A DNA stretch of 63,650 bases, filler included, from Rhabdomonas costata (GCA_019059605.1; 33 parts of 33 records of this genome joined end to end with filler, not necessarily neighbours in it); one strand, 5' to 3'. Positions 1 to 12,578 are shown, counted from the whole stretch's first letter. A program made the numbers and translations. The notes: a model not told the origin generated them from the letters alone.

Positions 1-844
1 GGTGTTGGGGGAAAGGGGGGATGAATGTCAATAACTTGCCCATAATTTTTTGCCCATAATTTTTTGCCAGGATTAAACTTGGAGAAAAATATCAAAGGGT
101 GGGGGCTCGATAAAAGCACGATGGGGCGGAGGCAAAGCAAGAGCCACAGGATGAAACGGGTGTCAAGAGAACGCGGCGGCGGTACTCGCACACTGAGTCC
201 GGCTTTGTCCACTGCTTTCATCCCGCACTCCCACTGCCACTGCCACTCCCGCCCGCCCGTCCCACGCGAGCGAGCGCAGACCTCCTCCGAGTGACCTTCC
301 CCTACGGGTAGGACGATCCGGTAGCTGCGGTCCTGACCCTCAACCTACGCATGTAACATCATGTCCAGGGAAAAAAGTACATAAAGAGCGCTCAAATGGG
401 GGAAGGAACATATTATCTGGAAGGTTCTCAGGGGTGTTGCGGTCTGCAATGACATACACATTAAAAACAGCGAAGCAAAAAAAACGCGATTCGAAGTGAC
501 TGCCTCCCCCGCCGTCCCCCCCCCACACACACACAGGCACATAAACACAAAGCAGAGCACAGCAGAACAGAACAATTTTCGTCGCCCCGCGCAGACACCG
601 AAATGGTGGGTGGCATATCTAAATCAGTGAGGTCGGCACTACTTGCAGGATGATACGCGCAGATATTCAGTCAATGCAAGTCCAGGTGCTCCTTTGGTAT
701 ATCCTCCGTTAGTGTATACATTACTTTCATGACACTAACGTCAAATATGTTTTCCCATACCCTGCGGTGGACATACGTGGACATAAATAGACGAGCAGCA
801 CTCGAGTCTACCCACTAACGGCAAAACACACCACCTGGGACACA

Positions 845-1755
845 CCAAAAACGGTCTGCCTAGTTCCCTCAAAGAGCTTACACAAGAGCCTTGTCTTTTC
901 TGTCAGATTTCTTTCTTGCAGCTCACCACCTCTGTAAACACAGTTCATGTAAACGAAGCAAGCCATATCTTTGAAGCGGAGAAGATAACCCACTAGTACT
1001 GCGTCGCCCTGTTTCCAATAAAAAGGGTGAAGTAACGTGGTGCAAAGAACCTTGACCAGAGCGAGGGAATCGATCGCCTTGTGGGCCCGAGCAATCAGCT
1101 TTACCTGGATCAGCCACGGGTTGTCCTGGCACCCCTCATTCCTCTTTAGCTGTGGAAAATAAACACGAACACACATATACACACCCTTAGAATAGAACCC
1201 TTTCGAAAAGAACCCTTTAGAGTTAATTTTACACAGCGTGTTCACCCGATTCACAAAATAATCAATCACGACGGTCCATCCGATCTGGCCATGGCGCACG
1301 ATTCTAACCATTGACAGTGAATGAGAAGGACAGAGGCGATTCTCTTTAAAGCTACGAGGGGGTGTGTCCATCACCTATGAAGCCATTACCAACAAGCACT
1401 GCAAATTTCAGAGGGCTGTAACATTCGAACTTTCTCGATCCCATGTGATTTCAGTACAGATGAGAAGTACGCGTGCGGTGCTCCGTGGACCTTAAAATTT
1501 GAAGGATTTGGGGATTTAGGAGGGCAAAGTCTCGGCAAAGGCTAGCATATTTTTTATTAGCAAAACCCTGCTTAAGGGAACGTCTTCTGGGCAAAAATAA
1601 AGCACCACCTTCAGCGGAAGCCCCACCAAGGGAAAGGCCTCGACGAGGTCGAACTGGCTGTGGATAAGCCCAACCCTGATGCAAAGCCAGGGTCCAAGAA
1701 GACCTCCTTCTGGTTCTGCAGAGTGACCACGCTGCCATCTTGAGAGCTGAGCGCC
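845..1755 (-). CDS. Internal exons of a protein of unknown function
   Basis: Candidate exons 1755-1609, 1374-1246 and 1149-~845 join in phase 0 with AG/GT boundaries (GAQLSRW...PLVGLPLK / VMDTPP...YFVNR / LKRNEG...QTVF). No recognisable motif. Confidence 0.35.
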
Positions 1756-1832
1756 CTTTTGTTGTATGCGGGGAGGATCCAGAAAGGGAAACACAGGTAC
1801 AAGCTTCAAATGTAGCCACAGCAAACAAAAAA

Positions 1833-1932
1833 NNNNNNNNNNNNNNNNNNNNNNNNNNNNNNNNNNNNNNNNNNNNTTAATTAATTAANNNNNNNNNNNN
1901 NNNNNNNNNNNNNNNNNNNNNNNNNNNNNNNN
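1833..1932. other. Artificial contig-joining spacer N44-TTAATTAATTAA-N44 (stops in all six frames); first of 32 copies
   Basis: Identical 100-bp spacer recurs about every 1930 bp. Contigs: 1-1832, 1933-3764, 3865-5696, 5797-7628, 7729-9560, 9661-11505, 11606-13442, 13543-15372, 15473-17304, 17405-19236, 19337-21168, 21269-23099, 23200-25030, 25131-26961, 27062-28893, 28994-30823, 30924-32754, 32855-34685, 34786-36615, 36716-38546, 38647-40477, 40578-42408, 42509-44339, 44440-46270, 46371-48201, 48302-50130, 50231-52060, 52161-53991, 54092-55921, 56022-57844, 57945-59790, 59891-61720, 61821-63650. Confidence 0.98.
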
Positions 1933-3864
1933 TGTGTTGGTTGAATTCTGGCGGAATAGTAGGCTCCGCCGTAAACTGAGGCTTTTGTCAAAGCAGTTAG
2001 GGAAGTCAGTGCGTCGCCTGATGTTTGGTGTTGAAGGTGGAAGGAGTGCAAAGAAACACACACACCTGTCATCTTCAAAAAGACTGTTCTTCACGCGGAA
2101 CTTTGCCTCTGCACTGTTTACCTTGTTTGTCTATAGGACCGGAGAATTACTCAAAAAAAAACGTCGCGCCGACCACGCACAAAACCTTTCCTTACCCGGA
2201 CTGAACCGGAAACCATAGGCTTCGCTAATCTCCGCGTGCACTAAAATTTTGAGACCAACGGCATAAAAGCAAGGTAAAAAGACTATACCGAACGTTTCAG
2301 ACTAATCTCTCGCTTTCCGGGTGGAGGTTGCCTTACACACTTATCCGCGTGTACCTTGAGGACAACGTTGCGGGTGGAGAGACACCAACCACCTCCTCAT
2401 TTTCCCTGATGCCTTTTTTGCCATTAACTTTCTATTCACATCGCCGAGGGAAAACGTGACGGGACAAAACTGAAACCGAATGTCCTCTGGCAAACAACAC
2501 AGGTTTGATGCAAACTTAGGTATGAGTGCACTCCTTTCCGATGTGCGCGACATACGTGCAAGTGAACGGAAACCCCCACGGCAGACGGGCGATCCCCCAC
2601 GCAGTTGTGGGTCTGTCCAACCGATACAACGAATCCGACTCTTCACACTTCACTTATTAAAGCGTAAGTGGTGAATGCAGAGTGTCGAATCCGGCTCAGC
2701 TTTCTGCTTTCTTCCTTGGCGCCATTAATGGCTTCAGACCTCTCGATTTTCTATTGTGGGACCATGCGAAGACTACGGCCATCCGTCAACGGCCCGATTA
2801 CAACGCCAGGCCTCACCTGCAGTGGCGTTGCCGAAACAGGGGTTGATAGAGAATGTGACAATGGAGCGCAGGGAAGAAGCGGAAAACACTGGAAAGGCTA
2901 AGTTTTTTGGGGACTCAGGGTGTCCCATTTGGTTTGGTCTTGAGCTACCACCACCTCCCAAAAAAAATTCCAGTAAATCAGCAAATGGCTTAAGGTCTGG
3001 TGTTGGGGGTTTTGGTTGTGATGTCCCTAACACTGGGTTCTTGGCTGGTCCAATAACTCGCGGAACAACGGGGAGGGGAGTGGTAAGGAGTATGAAAACA
3101 GGGAAAGGGAACGAAATGTCCCACCGAAAGAGCAACCCATGGTCGCAAATCTTCGCTCTTTCTAGGAGCCGAAGAAGGTCCAAGAAGATCACATGCTTGG
3201 CACGTCTCACTCCACTGTAAGTCCACAAGTCTGCAACAGTGAAATCGTCACAAAATCACATCCCCGGCCAGCTGGCACGGTTCGAAAATAAAACCAAATT
3301 ATCAGAATGTATTCATCACCGGGGTGTACGCAGGTGAGAGGAGGAGGGGCAGAGTTTGACAACAGCAGAGCAGTGGAGGCATCACGAGAAAGCTCTCCAA
3401 TAAGGAAACGTCATGCGCACGTCACCAGGGATACGTGCGCGTGCACGGGGACTGAAGCTGAAAAGATTGTGATGCATTGTGGCGAATACCTCCGGCACGG
3501 AAGCTTCTCGTGAATGCCACTGAAATCGGGGAACCGGCGGGGAGACCCGGGAAAAGCAGAAAAGGCTAGACCGTTCATTTTGGAAGCTGAACAAGCACAT
3601 TGCATCGAGCCGTCGCTGATTGCGTCTGATCGACTTTTCGAGAGGAGCAGCGCAACCAGGAAGGAGGGGGGGGGGCGATTGTCACAAATGGGAAAGGCAG
3701 CACGGAGAAGTATCCTTTCGGATGATCCCCAGAAACGTACCGAAACAAGCAAGTCAAGCAACAANNNNNNNNNNNNNNNNNNNNNNNNNNNNNNNNNNNN
3801 NNNNNNNNTTAATTAATTAANNNNNNNNNNNNNNNNNNNNNNNNNNNNNNNNNNNNNNNNNNNN

Positions 3865-4860
3865 GGGGGTGGTGGAGTGGAGGGGCCCAGGCGGAGCGCG
3901 GCGACCTGGTTCCGGAGCTTCACAATGCTCTGGAACAGACTATTTGTTCCGCGGTGCCCCAGTGCTGCGGTTTTCTGCTTCTGACGTGCAATGCAATTTA
4001 AAGAGATATTGTTTTCTTCCTGAAAAACTGATCACTCTTCACTAGTGTTCGTTCTTCCAGTGAAACCACAGAACCTGCGCGAGCTTCTCGTGGATGGCCT
4101 CCGCCCAGTCATATAGCTTTCGTTTTTGGCAGTTATGACGCAACCCATTTTCGGGGACGCGTGCTTGCATGAAGGAGAAGGTGCTTACATCGGGAGATTG
4201 AGAGCTGCACAAGGCATCATCTTCTGGGATCTCCTTCCACTGCCATGCAGACTGCAGGTCGTCTACACGCAGGGAAAGACCAAAACAGGCATCTTGCTGC
4301 AAATGCCATTGGCCAGTTCTGATACCGGTTTTGCCGCCATTTCTGCCGGGGTAGGTCTGGTAGGGCGTGGGCTGTTTCCTCGCGACCTCTGAGCACGATT
4401 GCAAGACAAAGCGGTGCAACACAGCTCTGAGCACCCACCATCCTTTTCGCGCAGCGACATGGATGGATGGGTCAGTTCCCACTTGGGATATTATTTGGGC
4501 CATCGGGCTGATGGATTCGTCATGAAGATTGCATCGTGTGCAGCAGATGTATTCGGTGTAATGACTAGTAAGCTCCTGGAAACGTCTTCCTGATGGAACT
4601 CTCATCCATTTCGGAGTGATGGCACTGCGGAAGCCGGTATCACTTTATCTGTACGTTGCTGGAATTTAGTCTGGAAGGGCCTGAATCTTGTCCACATTTC
4701 ATCGGAATGTCACCAAACCAATTTCCTCAAAACCAATTGAGCATAGAAGATTGCTGCCGTGACCTGGCTCGCCGCTCTCTGAGAGTTGCCGTGCTGTAAC
4801 AATCACTCGAGATGGGGGCGAGAAGCACCTTAGAGGTATGAAACAATGAATGGATTCCAT
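3865..4860 (-). CDS. Multi-exon gene fragment, unknown function
   Basis: Long exon ending ...IHEKLAQ at 4075 splices in frame across a GT-AG intron (4074-3981) to KQKTAALGHRGTNSLFQSIVKLRNQVAALRLG. The 5' exons (possible ATG near 4860) are tentative. Confidence 0.4.
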
Positions 4861-5440
4861 CTTCGTCAAGATTAAACAGGACCCGAGAGTTTCTGGTATC
4901 TTACGGGAGAAGCAGGGGGAAAGTGTCGCACCTTCGAGGCTGGGCTTCTTTTTTGTTGGTGATTTCTTAGTTTTCCGGAAGGAATCTCAGACAACACCGC
5001 GGAAAACATCACAGACATCAGCAACCGCCCGAACCACCAATTGCTGTGTCCAGTATCCCGACCGACCTCTACCCGACCTCGACTTGGTCAATGACCACCA
5101 CATCATGCAGTTGCCAGCAACACCCACATCTACACTTACACAACACCCACACTTACACATTAAACTTGAGGATTTTATTGTGCGTTGGACCTATTTATCA
5201 TTGTTTGTGTTTCCATCGGGTCCACATTGCTTCTAGGGTCCCCCCCCCCTTTTACTTGCACCCCCTTTCCCTTTTTGTGTTAACTTTTTCGAATGTGTCG
5301 GGTTTTCTGGCGGCTTCTTGTGAAAACGCTATATTAGTCGCCCAGCAGCACGGTATCTCAAGTGGTAAACAAAGCATAGCACCCTTTTCTTACCTGCAGA
5401 TGCTCATAATTCCTAATTTCGACCGCTAATTTCGCCACAG

Positions 5441-5696
5441 GAGAACATTATCTTCCCCGGGGTCGTTCTGCTGGACTACGGATCGGGGTGCGGCCACGGG
5501 TTGACCTTCATGGCGGAATGTCGCGGGGTGCAGGGCTTCGGCGTGGACATCATCTCAGAGAACGTGCAGTGGTCGCAGCGCCACAGCCTCGGCGCGTACT
5601 GCACCGGCAATGGCACCGCCTTCCTTCCGGAAAACTCGTTCGACGTGGTGTTCTCCTTCGCCACACTGACGCTGCTGATGAAAACCTCCAATGACA
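5441..5696 (+). CDS. Class I SAM-dependent methyltransferase, internal exon
   Basis: After CACAG acceptor: ENIIFPGVVLLDYGSGCGHGL (motif I) ...GFGVDII (post-I) ...LPENSFDVVFSFATL (motif II). Truncated at contig end. Confidence 0.85.
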
Positions 5697-5857
5697 NNNN
5701 NNNNNNNNNNNNNNNNNNNNNNNNNNNNNNNNNNNNNNNNTTAATTAATTAANNNNNNNNNNNNNNNNNNNNNNNNNNNNNNNNNNNNNNNNNNNNGGTG
5801 TGTGGGGGATTTATATACGCTTGCCATTAATTTTTTGAGTCACCTGGTGTTCTGCAG

Positions 5858-7500
5858 AGTCCCTCACGGGCATTGTCGTTGACTGTGGGTACCAGGAGAC
5901 GCGTTGCTGCGCAGTATCTGAACCTTTTTCCCGCCAAATTCTTTTCCGCTTCTTTCCAAGCTATTATGGTGGGTTCAGCTCTTGATATGCTTAACAATGC
6001 TGCTGGGCGGTGTGGGCGAATAAACCTGTCTGTGAGGGGTTGCCCCTGCACATGTGTCATCTTCACACTTGCATCGCCACCGGACCCCCGATGGACCGGT
6101 AACTTTGTTATCGGTGCCCTCTCCAACAACAGTTACGCACACAGTTCTCAAATATACTTTCATCTTTCAGTCCTCATTTGTACCGCCCCCTCCACACATG
6201 CACATACACACAACCGTTTATGGTCCATAACATGTCAGGAAGTTAGAAGCGAAAGAATATTTTGAAGCTTCGGTCCGCTGCAGATGCGGAAAATCTGTAC
6301 ATTGAACAAAAAGCGAACGTTTTATGGTCATTCATGTGAACCATACGAGATCTTTCTTTCTAAACTCCCCGACCAAACTTTTCAGCCCAAATACCCTATC
6401 GGGCATTCTCTCCTGATGTACGTGCTACAATGCTTGGCCGTCGCGTCGTCCCGTGCCTTTTGGAAGCCGACGTGGGTTTCGCTGGCCTCCCGCTTTGCTT
6501 TGGTGTCGGATCAGGTTGCCTACGGCCACACCCTCCCCTATTGTGCGCGGTACGCGCCACTGGGGGCGAAAGCCGTCCTGGAGTGCTTAAAGTATGCTCC
6601 TTCTGAAGAACGTCCCACAATCATGCTGTACTCCGGAACCGATGGTCTCGTTTTGGGGTCGCAACGGCGACTGCTTTTGGGGTCGCAACGGCGAGAAGTT
6701 TCGGTCCCCTCCAGTTGCCTTTTCGGGTCTTTTTTGGTGGAATTCTTTTGGTCTCGACCTCAAAGCAAAGCCAATTCCCAGTGCATGGCCTTGCTAACAC
6801 GGCAACCAGGAAAAGTTGGTGCGCTTACGAACGCCTTCACTTGCAGGCAAAATGTGCTTCAGCGTAACCCCAACATTACGGAGAGCGCCCTCACCCAGGA
6901 AATCCTGGAGGACCTCCTGCTCCGGGCTGGGTTCGTGGCGGGCCCAGCTCAGGCCCCGGGTATGCGCCGCCATCCTGTGGGGTGGAAGTTGGAAAGAGGC
7001 CCACCAAAATGCCGTCACCCCGTGTTCTCTCCTTGGGTGCTCTTGCACACAGTTTTGATCAAGTATTAGGTCGTCCCTGGTCCATAGTAAGCTGATTCTT
7101 GGCATTGGTAAATCGTGCTTCCCTAAAATTAAGTCTTTATCGTTCTCGAACCCGATGTAAAGCTTTCTTCTTTGCGCCTCCTCCGACCACTGGAAATTCC
7201 TTTTTTTTCGCTTGCACCTTTCCCGTGACCAGTACTTTTTCTGGAGTCGGTAGTCCCGCTGCCCTTTAAACAGGTTTTACCCTTTTCTTCTCTTCTCTGT
7301 CCTGGGGGGTTCCGGCGAATTGCACGCGAATTGCATGTTGCCGAACCCCTGTTTTTGTTCTGCCAGCCACGGCCCTGTCTACGTGCACTCTGGGGTCCGT
7401 CGAGCTCGACCCTAGCTGCTGCTTTGAGGTGCTGTTCGATGCCGAAATGCACTTGGAGCAGTGGTGTATTGCCAGCTGCTTCTTGGACACCCTTCTGGCG
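5858..7500 (+). CDS. ACTR10: Actin-related protein 10 (dynactin Arp11)-like, 4 internal exons
   Basis: Exons 5858-5913, 6515-6591, 6847-6959, 7367-7500, all GT-AG and phase-consistent. Give TGIVVDCGYQETRCCAVAYGHTLPYCARYAPLGAKAV...EILEDLLLRAGFVA...EVLFDAEMHLEQWCIASCFLDTLLA, matching Arp10/11 hallmarks (DCGYxE, PLGxKA, LEDI...FV, ExLF...LDSL). Confidence 0.75.
6651..6694 (+). repeat. Direct duplication TTTTGGGGTCGCAACGGCGA x2 (24-nt period) inside an ACTR10 intron
   Basis: Identical 20-mers at 6651-6670 and 6675-6694. Confidence 0.9.
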
Positions 7501-7799
7501 GTATCCAACATTCTTTGCTCTGCATGGGGTCTCTTTTATCGGAATGTGTATTTACCTTGCGCGTTTCCCCAATTCGCTGTACTCTTAACTGTATTGTCAA
7601 GCTAATCCGCATTCCGATAAAAAACACANNNNNNNNNNNNNNNNNNNNNNNNNNNNNNNNNNNNNNNNNNNNTTAATTAATTAANNNNNNNNNNNNNNNN
7701 NNNNNNNNNNNNNNNNNNNNNNNNNNNNTTTTGTTTGCTTGTTCGCTTGTTTACTTGTTTGTTCCATGTGTTCGCACCTTCCGAGTTCCACCGCGGTCC

Positions 7800-8240
7800 C
7801 TTCCCTTTCCACTCAAGGTGGAAGGGAAGTTCGCCTGAGGCGGAAGTCTCAGCCCAACGGACCAGAAGGCTTTTGAAGTACTTCTTGTCCGCTGGCGACG
7901 AGACGTCGACAGCTTCGAGCAAGTGCGTGTGGCCGAAGACCACTTGGACCGGGGGCAGAAAGTGGTTTGAAACTGCGTAGCTCCCGCAGGACATATTTAG
8001 GTGTCAGACCGCGATCTTTGAACGGTGCGCGCTTAGCTGAGCTGGCTTGAAGAGGGTGCCCCTGGGGGTGGAGAGCTCGTAGTCGTGCAAGCGTGTCGGC
8101 GTCCACTGGCGCAAGCTTGGAGGCCCATTAATTAGAGAAAGCCCTTTTGAGTAAGTGCCCTCGGCAGGGACCGCAGCCGTTACCTGGCGAACTTCAGATG
8201 CCGGGATCTGGTCTTCTTCCTGCCCCTCCAGTGCGACCAC
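7800..8240 (-). mobile_element. Decayed non-LTR retrotransposon fragment (CRE/SLACS-like), region just upstream of and entering the RT
   Basis: Across two frameshifts reads EGTYSKGLSLI...LAPVDADTLARLRALHPQG...VLRELRSFKPLSAPGPSGLRP(x)HLLEAV...SGELP, the LxxLHP / SAPGPSGLRPxHL signature of CRE-clade RT domain 0. No introns. Confidence 0.75.
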
Positions 8241-9833
8241 AGGGATTTTCCGAGAACTAGGCTCCAGCGCGGGCGCAGCGCAGTAAGGTCACCACCGGTG
8301 CGGAAAGATGCTGCAGGGAAGGTAAGCGTGTATCAAACAAATCATCCACCAGGGCTGCCGAAGATTCGGCAGGAGGTTTGTAAGGGCGCACATCGTCGGA
8401 TGGATCCTGTATGGAATGGGAAAGCTGGAAAGTGACCCCAACTTTGCCGCTCCAAGGGACGGTAAAAGTGGGAGTCGAAAAAATGATTGCACTCAGTAAC
8501 GGCTCTTCGTCTGCTGCACACCTGTCTTTCTCCGAATCCTTCGCCGAAAATGGCGTGTTGCACAACTCAAGGTCGCCATTGTCCTCACCCCGTCCGAAAT
8601 GCACGAGGCTGGCTCTCGTCTCCATCAGATCCCTCTTCCTCTTCCTGTCATGCTTCTTCGATCTGCACGTCTACACGCGCTCTCAAAACCTTTCCTCACC
8701 TCACAGAGCACATTACAAACCCCCCACCCCACAAACACCCTTCTGCGGACTATAGTCTCTAGCCTCCACGTCACCACTTTGTGCTGTACCATGACCTGGC
8801 CTCGGTACTGTGGTTTTGAGACGAGTGTGCAATCCTTCCTTCCTGGCGAAATGAAAGTCATCAGGCAATGTTCCCACCTCAGCCGCCCGCTCCAGCCGCC
8901 AAAAAGAGGAGGGACGTGGAGAAACCAGCGGCGCTGATTGTGCGTGAAATAAGCGTGTGTGCAGGGAACCCCAGTTACTCACTGACAGCATCAAAACAAC
9001 CCATATTTGATGGGCACAAGGAACAAGACCAGATCATTATATAAATTTCAATTAGCGGTTAGCTTTAACAAAATAATAAAACTTTCATTAAAACGGAAAA
9101 ATACTTAAAACTTACCCAACTACTTCCCAAAAGACGTGTGCAAGCGCATCCTTTCATGGCCAACCTTTCTCCAACTGGTATTTATGTGGGATTCATGGTA
9201 ATTTCTCAGCATTTTTGCAGCTAAAATATTGGAGCATTTTTTAATGTTTTTAGGAGCACATGCGCTTGTTTGTAGAGCACTTTTCCCTGTCCATTTATCT
9301 TCGTGCTGGAACTGTTCCCTTTTGCTTTCCGCTCTAGCATCAAAAGGTGGTCAAAAAAATTTGAAATCCAATCCAACTCAATCATGTTATGACACTTTTT
9401 TGACATGCACATCCCTGTAATTTCGTTTTGAAATGAGAACGTTTTTTGTACCGTTCGGCACTTGGCAGGTCCTTGTGAGAACAGCCAACAACACATACGG
9501 AAACAAGTAAGAGATGAGAATCGGGAAGGTACGCCAAAGGGTACAGAGATCAAACAAACANNNNNNNNNNNNNNNNNNNNNNNNNNNNNNNNNNNNNNNN
9601 NNNNTTAATTAATTAANNNNNNNNNNNNNNNNNNNNNNNNNNNNNNNNNNNNNNNNNNNNTTTTTGTGATCCAGAAACTTCCTCGGCTACTATGGTGGCG
9701 AATGTTTTCCTTCACAGTGTGGGCAGGGATGGGGGCGGTTAGTATAGTGGTTAGGGAAGGGGGTAGCGCTGATTATAGTTATACTGTTTTGTCTTCCCGT
9801 ACCTTCTGTTGTGTGATAGGATCATGGCCACCC

Positions 9834-10135
9834 CGGGGGCTCGATCCTGTCCGGGCTCCGCGCCAGCCCTAGCCCCATGTATTCGTCATCCACGACGTTC
9901 TCACAAGGAGCCCGGGAGTACGTCCAGAGCTTGCCCGGGATGGTCGACTAAACTCGCCACACAGGCAAAAAAATACATTTCTATGCACGCCATCCCGTCA
10001 GACAGCATCCCACTGTCTCCGGCACAACCATTACCACACATACACACCTGCCCATCCGCACACCCCTCACAGGTCGCACACTGCTGCTGCAGATCTTCGG
10101 TTTTCACATCCTCCGGGCATCCCTCGCACGGAACC
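9834..10135 (-). CDS. Two candidate exons of an unknown Cys-containing protein
   Basis: VPCEGCPEDVKTEDLQQQCATCEGCADGQ|GTGTGT can join TTTAG|STIPGKLWTYSRAPCENVVDDEYMG in phase 0. Confidence 0.3.
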
Positions 10136-10210
10136 CTATCGCACATACGGCTCTCCAGAAACCAGCCATACATTACACGCTCACTCTCAACGATGAAAGT
10201 GTGTAGACGC

Positions 10211-10212
<2 letters not shown>

Positions 10213-10241
<29 letters not shown>
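10213..10241 (+). repeat. (GT)n microsatellite
   Basis: About 14 perfect GT units. Confidence 0.95.
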
Positions 10242-10244
<3 letters not shown>

Positions 10245-12484
10245 AGTGCCCTTTCCCTGGCGGCCCTCCCTCTCTTCCCGTGCAAAGCCATATGCCTTTG
10301 GTCCCTTGCAGGGCCAGAGGTGCCCCTACCCCCGCACCTATTTTTTTGTACAGCCGTGTGTGTATGTGTGAGGATGACTATGTCATGTCTTCCAACTCTC
10401 TACCCCACTCCTTCTCTCTAGCTCTGTCTTCCCCCACACACTTTGGTGTGCCACCCTGTTGCTTCACCTGCACGCAGCATTTCCTTCCCACCTTAGGAAC
10501 ACGCGGAATGGGGTGTGTGGCCAAAAAAGAAGAAGCAGACTTGTGGACTAGCCCCGGAGATTGGGTTCCATCGCTGCGTATTGCGACAATGGTGTGATAA
10601 TATTTCTGGCGTTGAAGTATGTCCCGGGGAGTTTCAACGAATGGTATAGAAACTGCAGTCACCGGAAAGGCGCGTCTGCGCAAAGCGAGCTTTTGACGCA
10701 TCAAATGCCGATGGCAAACTGGTTATAAAAATAGTGACTTTGTATCTGTGAGGCTGTTGTGTGCGTCCGACTTTGAACACTGGACAATGTTAGTTGATTT
10801 GTAGCGGGTTTTTTAAAATAGTGACAGGCAGTTTTCTGGTCACAGTTGTGCAGTGGAGCAGAAAACTTCATTTACAGGCCATCGGATGGAGAAAGGCTTT
10901 GGAGTGCTGCGTTTGGGGGACTTATGTCCCCAATGTTTTCCGCAAAATTTCCTATACGGAACGTAAGTTGCAGTGCTAGAATGAACGAAGGCCCGTTCAG
11001 GGGTAAGGTCCCCCTGAATTTCCCCATTCACAGCAACCGCCATGGGTAAGATGCCTTTCTCCCCATCTCCGCGATTCAGAAGGGTGTGTCTCCCGCCCAA
11101 ACACGGTGGCCCCTATCCGCTCTATCGCGCAAGTGACGCTGACTTCTCTATCCCTCTTACTGTCTCACTGTATCGCTCAGGTTGGCTTCTCCCTCTCTCC
11201 ACCCCCACTCTGTCTTCCTTTTCCTTTCTATGTTGTGAATACCGCCGTGGCGCGCGGGTGTTGTGTTCCTCCTGCGTTTCTCTATTTTTGAAGCAATTCG
11301 AGTTTTCGTTCTGGGGCTGCGCGTATGGGTGTGTGTGGCTCTGTGCGTGCTTGGTTTGCGTGTATGCGTATGTCAGTTTACATTCCGGTCCTTTTGCTGC
11401 TTGCCCCTTGATTGGTATTGGGCGGCTGGTTGGGGGATGGTGCGAAGAGGTTGTTGTTGTACTTTGTTGGCGTCAGGGATGATGCAGGTCTTCTCCACCA
11501 CACCCNNNNNNNNNNNNNNNNNNNNNNNNNNNNNNNNNNNNNNNNNNNNTTAATTAATTAANNNNNNNNNNNNNNNNNNNNNNNNNNNNNNNNNNNNNNN
11601 NNNNNGCAACCTACAACGAAATACAAGGAGATATTTGTATGCTTGTTGCATTTCGTAACCACAAGCTAGCGACGGGGGACCATTGCAGTTGACCCACCAA
11701 ACCGAAGCACAGCAAAGTTCAGAGTAGACTGAAGGGTTGCATGCGAAGATCACCAAAGGACACTGTACAAATGAGCTGCAAAAAAAATAATCAAAAAGAA
11801 CCTCAGTGACATACGTGTACGTCGAAGAAGGCGAGAGCCCTGAGTACGAGACAGGGAGAGAGGATAGATACAAGGTGAGCACACAAAGGTCAGAAAAGTC
11901 AGAAAGCTAGTGGAGTTGAGCAATGCAAGTGCGGGGAGACGGGGGGACGGACCAGCCAAGCCGGCGGGGGTTGTGGGAACAGAACGAGAGCACTCGGAGG
12001 CCTCGCGCTGGGTGGCATCACACACGGTGGGGCTGAGGTGGCCCGTCCATGTGCGGCTCCACTGGGAACGAACTGAAGGCGATCGGAAAGGGCAGAACCT
12101 ACTTCCCTCCTTCGGAAAGGCAGATCAGGTCAGAAGAAGGTCAGAAATTCAGGTCAGGTCAGAAAAATTTGGGTCCACAGTCACACAACTATTGACAAGA
12201 AAAGTGCGAGGCTGGATTCCAGAAAACCTTTAGAAATCCAACAAGGGCACCTGTTCTTCAAGCCTAAAAAGACTAGGACTGTCACAGTGTCCAGAGTTCA
12301 AAGTTGGCGCCGACAACAGCAGATCAGAAAGAAGGAGGAGAAGAGGACGAAAAACACTAGTGCATCTTCCGCTGGGGAAAAAGTGCACGTGCCGAAAAAC
12401 AAAGCGACCTGGCGACTGAGCTCCGCAAGCTCTTTCCGAAAGGTTCTCGGAACTCCTGCAGTTGAAGAAAAAAGAAAGTGGTCC

Positions 12485-12578
12485 AAAAACAAAGACAAAA
12501 ACAAAAACAAAAACAAAAACAAAAAAACAAAAACAAAAACAAAAACAAAAACAAAAACAAAAACAAAAACAAAAACAA
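12485..12578 (+). repeat. (AAAAAC)n hexanucleotide microsatellite
   Basis: About 15 nearly perfect units; source of the spurious KTKTK/FVFVF ORFs. Confidence 0.95.

Noticed and set aside
1877-1888. TTAATTAATTAA recurring at ~1.93-kb intervals as a CRISPR-like or biological repeat
   Set aside because: Always centred in N44 blocks; it is a synthetic six-frame-stop linker.
2773-3228. ORF containing VIFLDLLRLLER...DHGLL resembling a non-LTR RT motif
   Set aside because: Lacks KAFD and any flanking RT motifs; too little to call.
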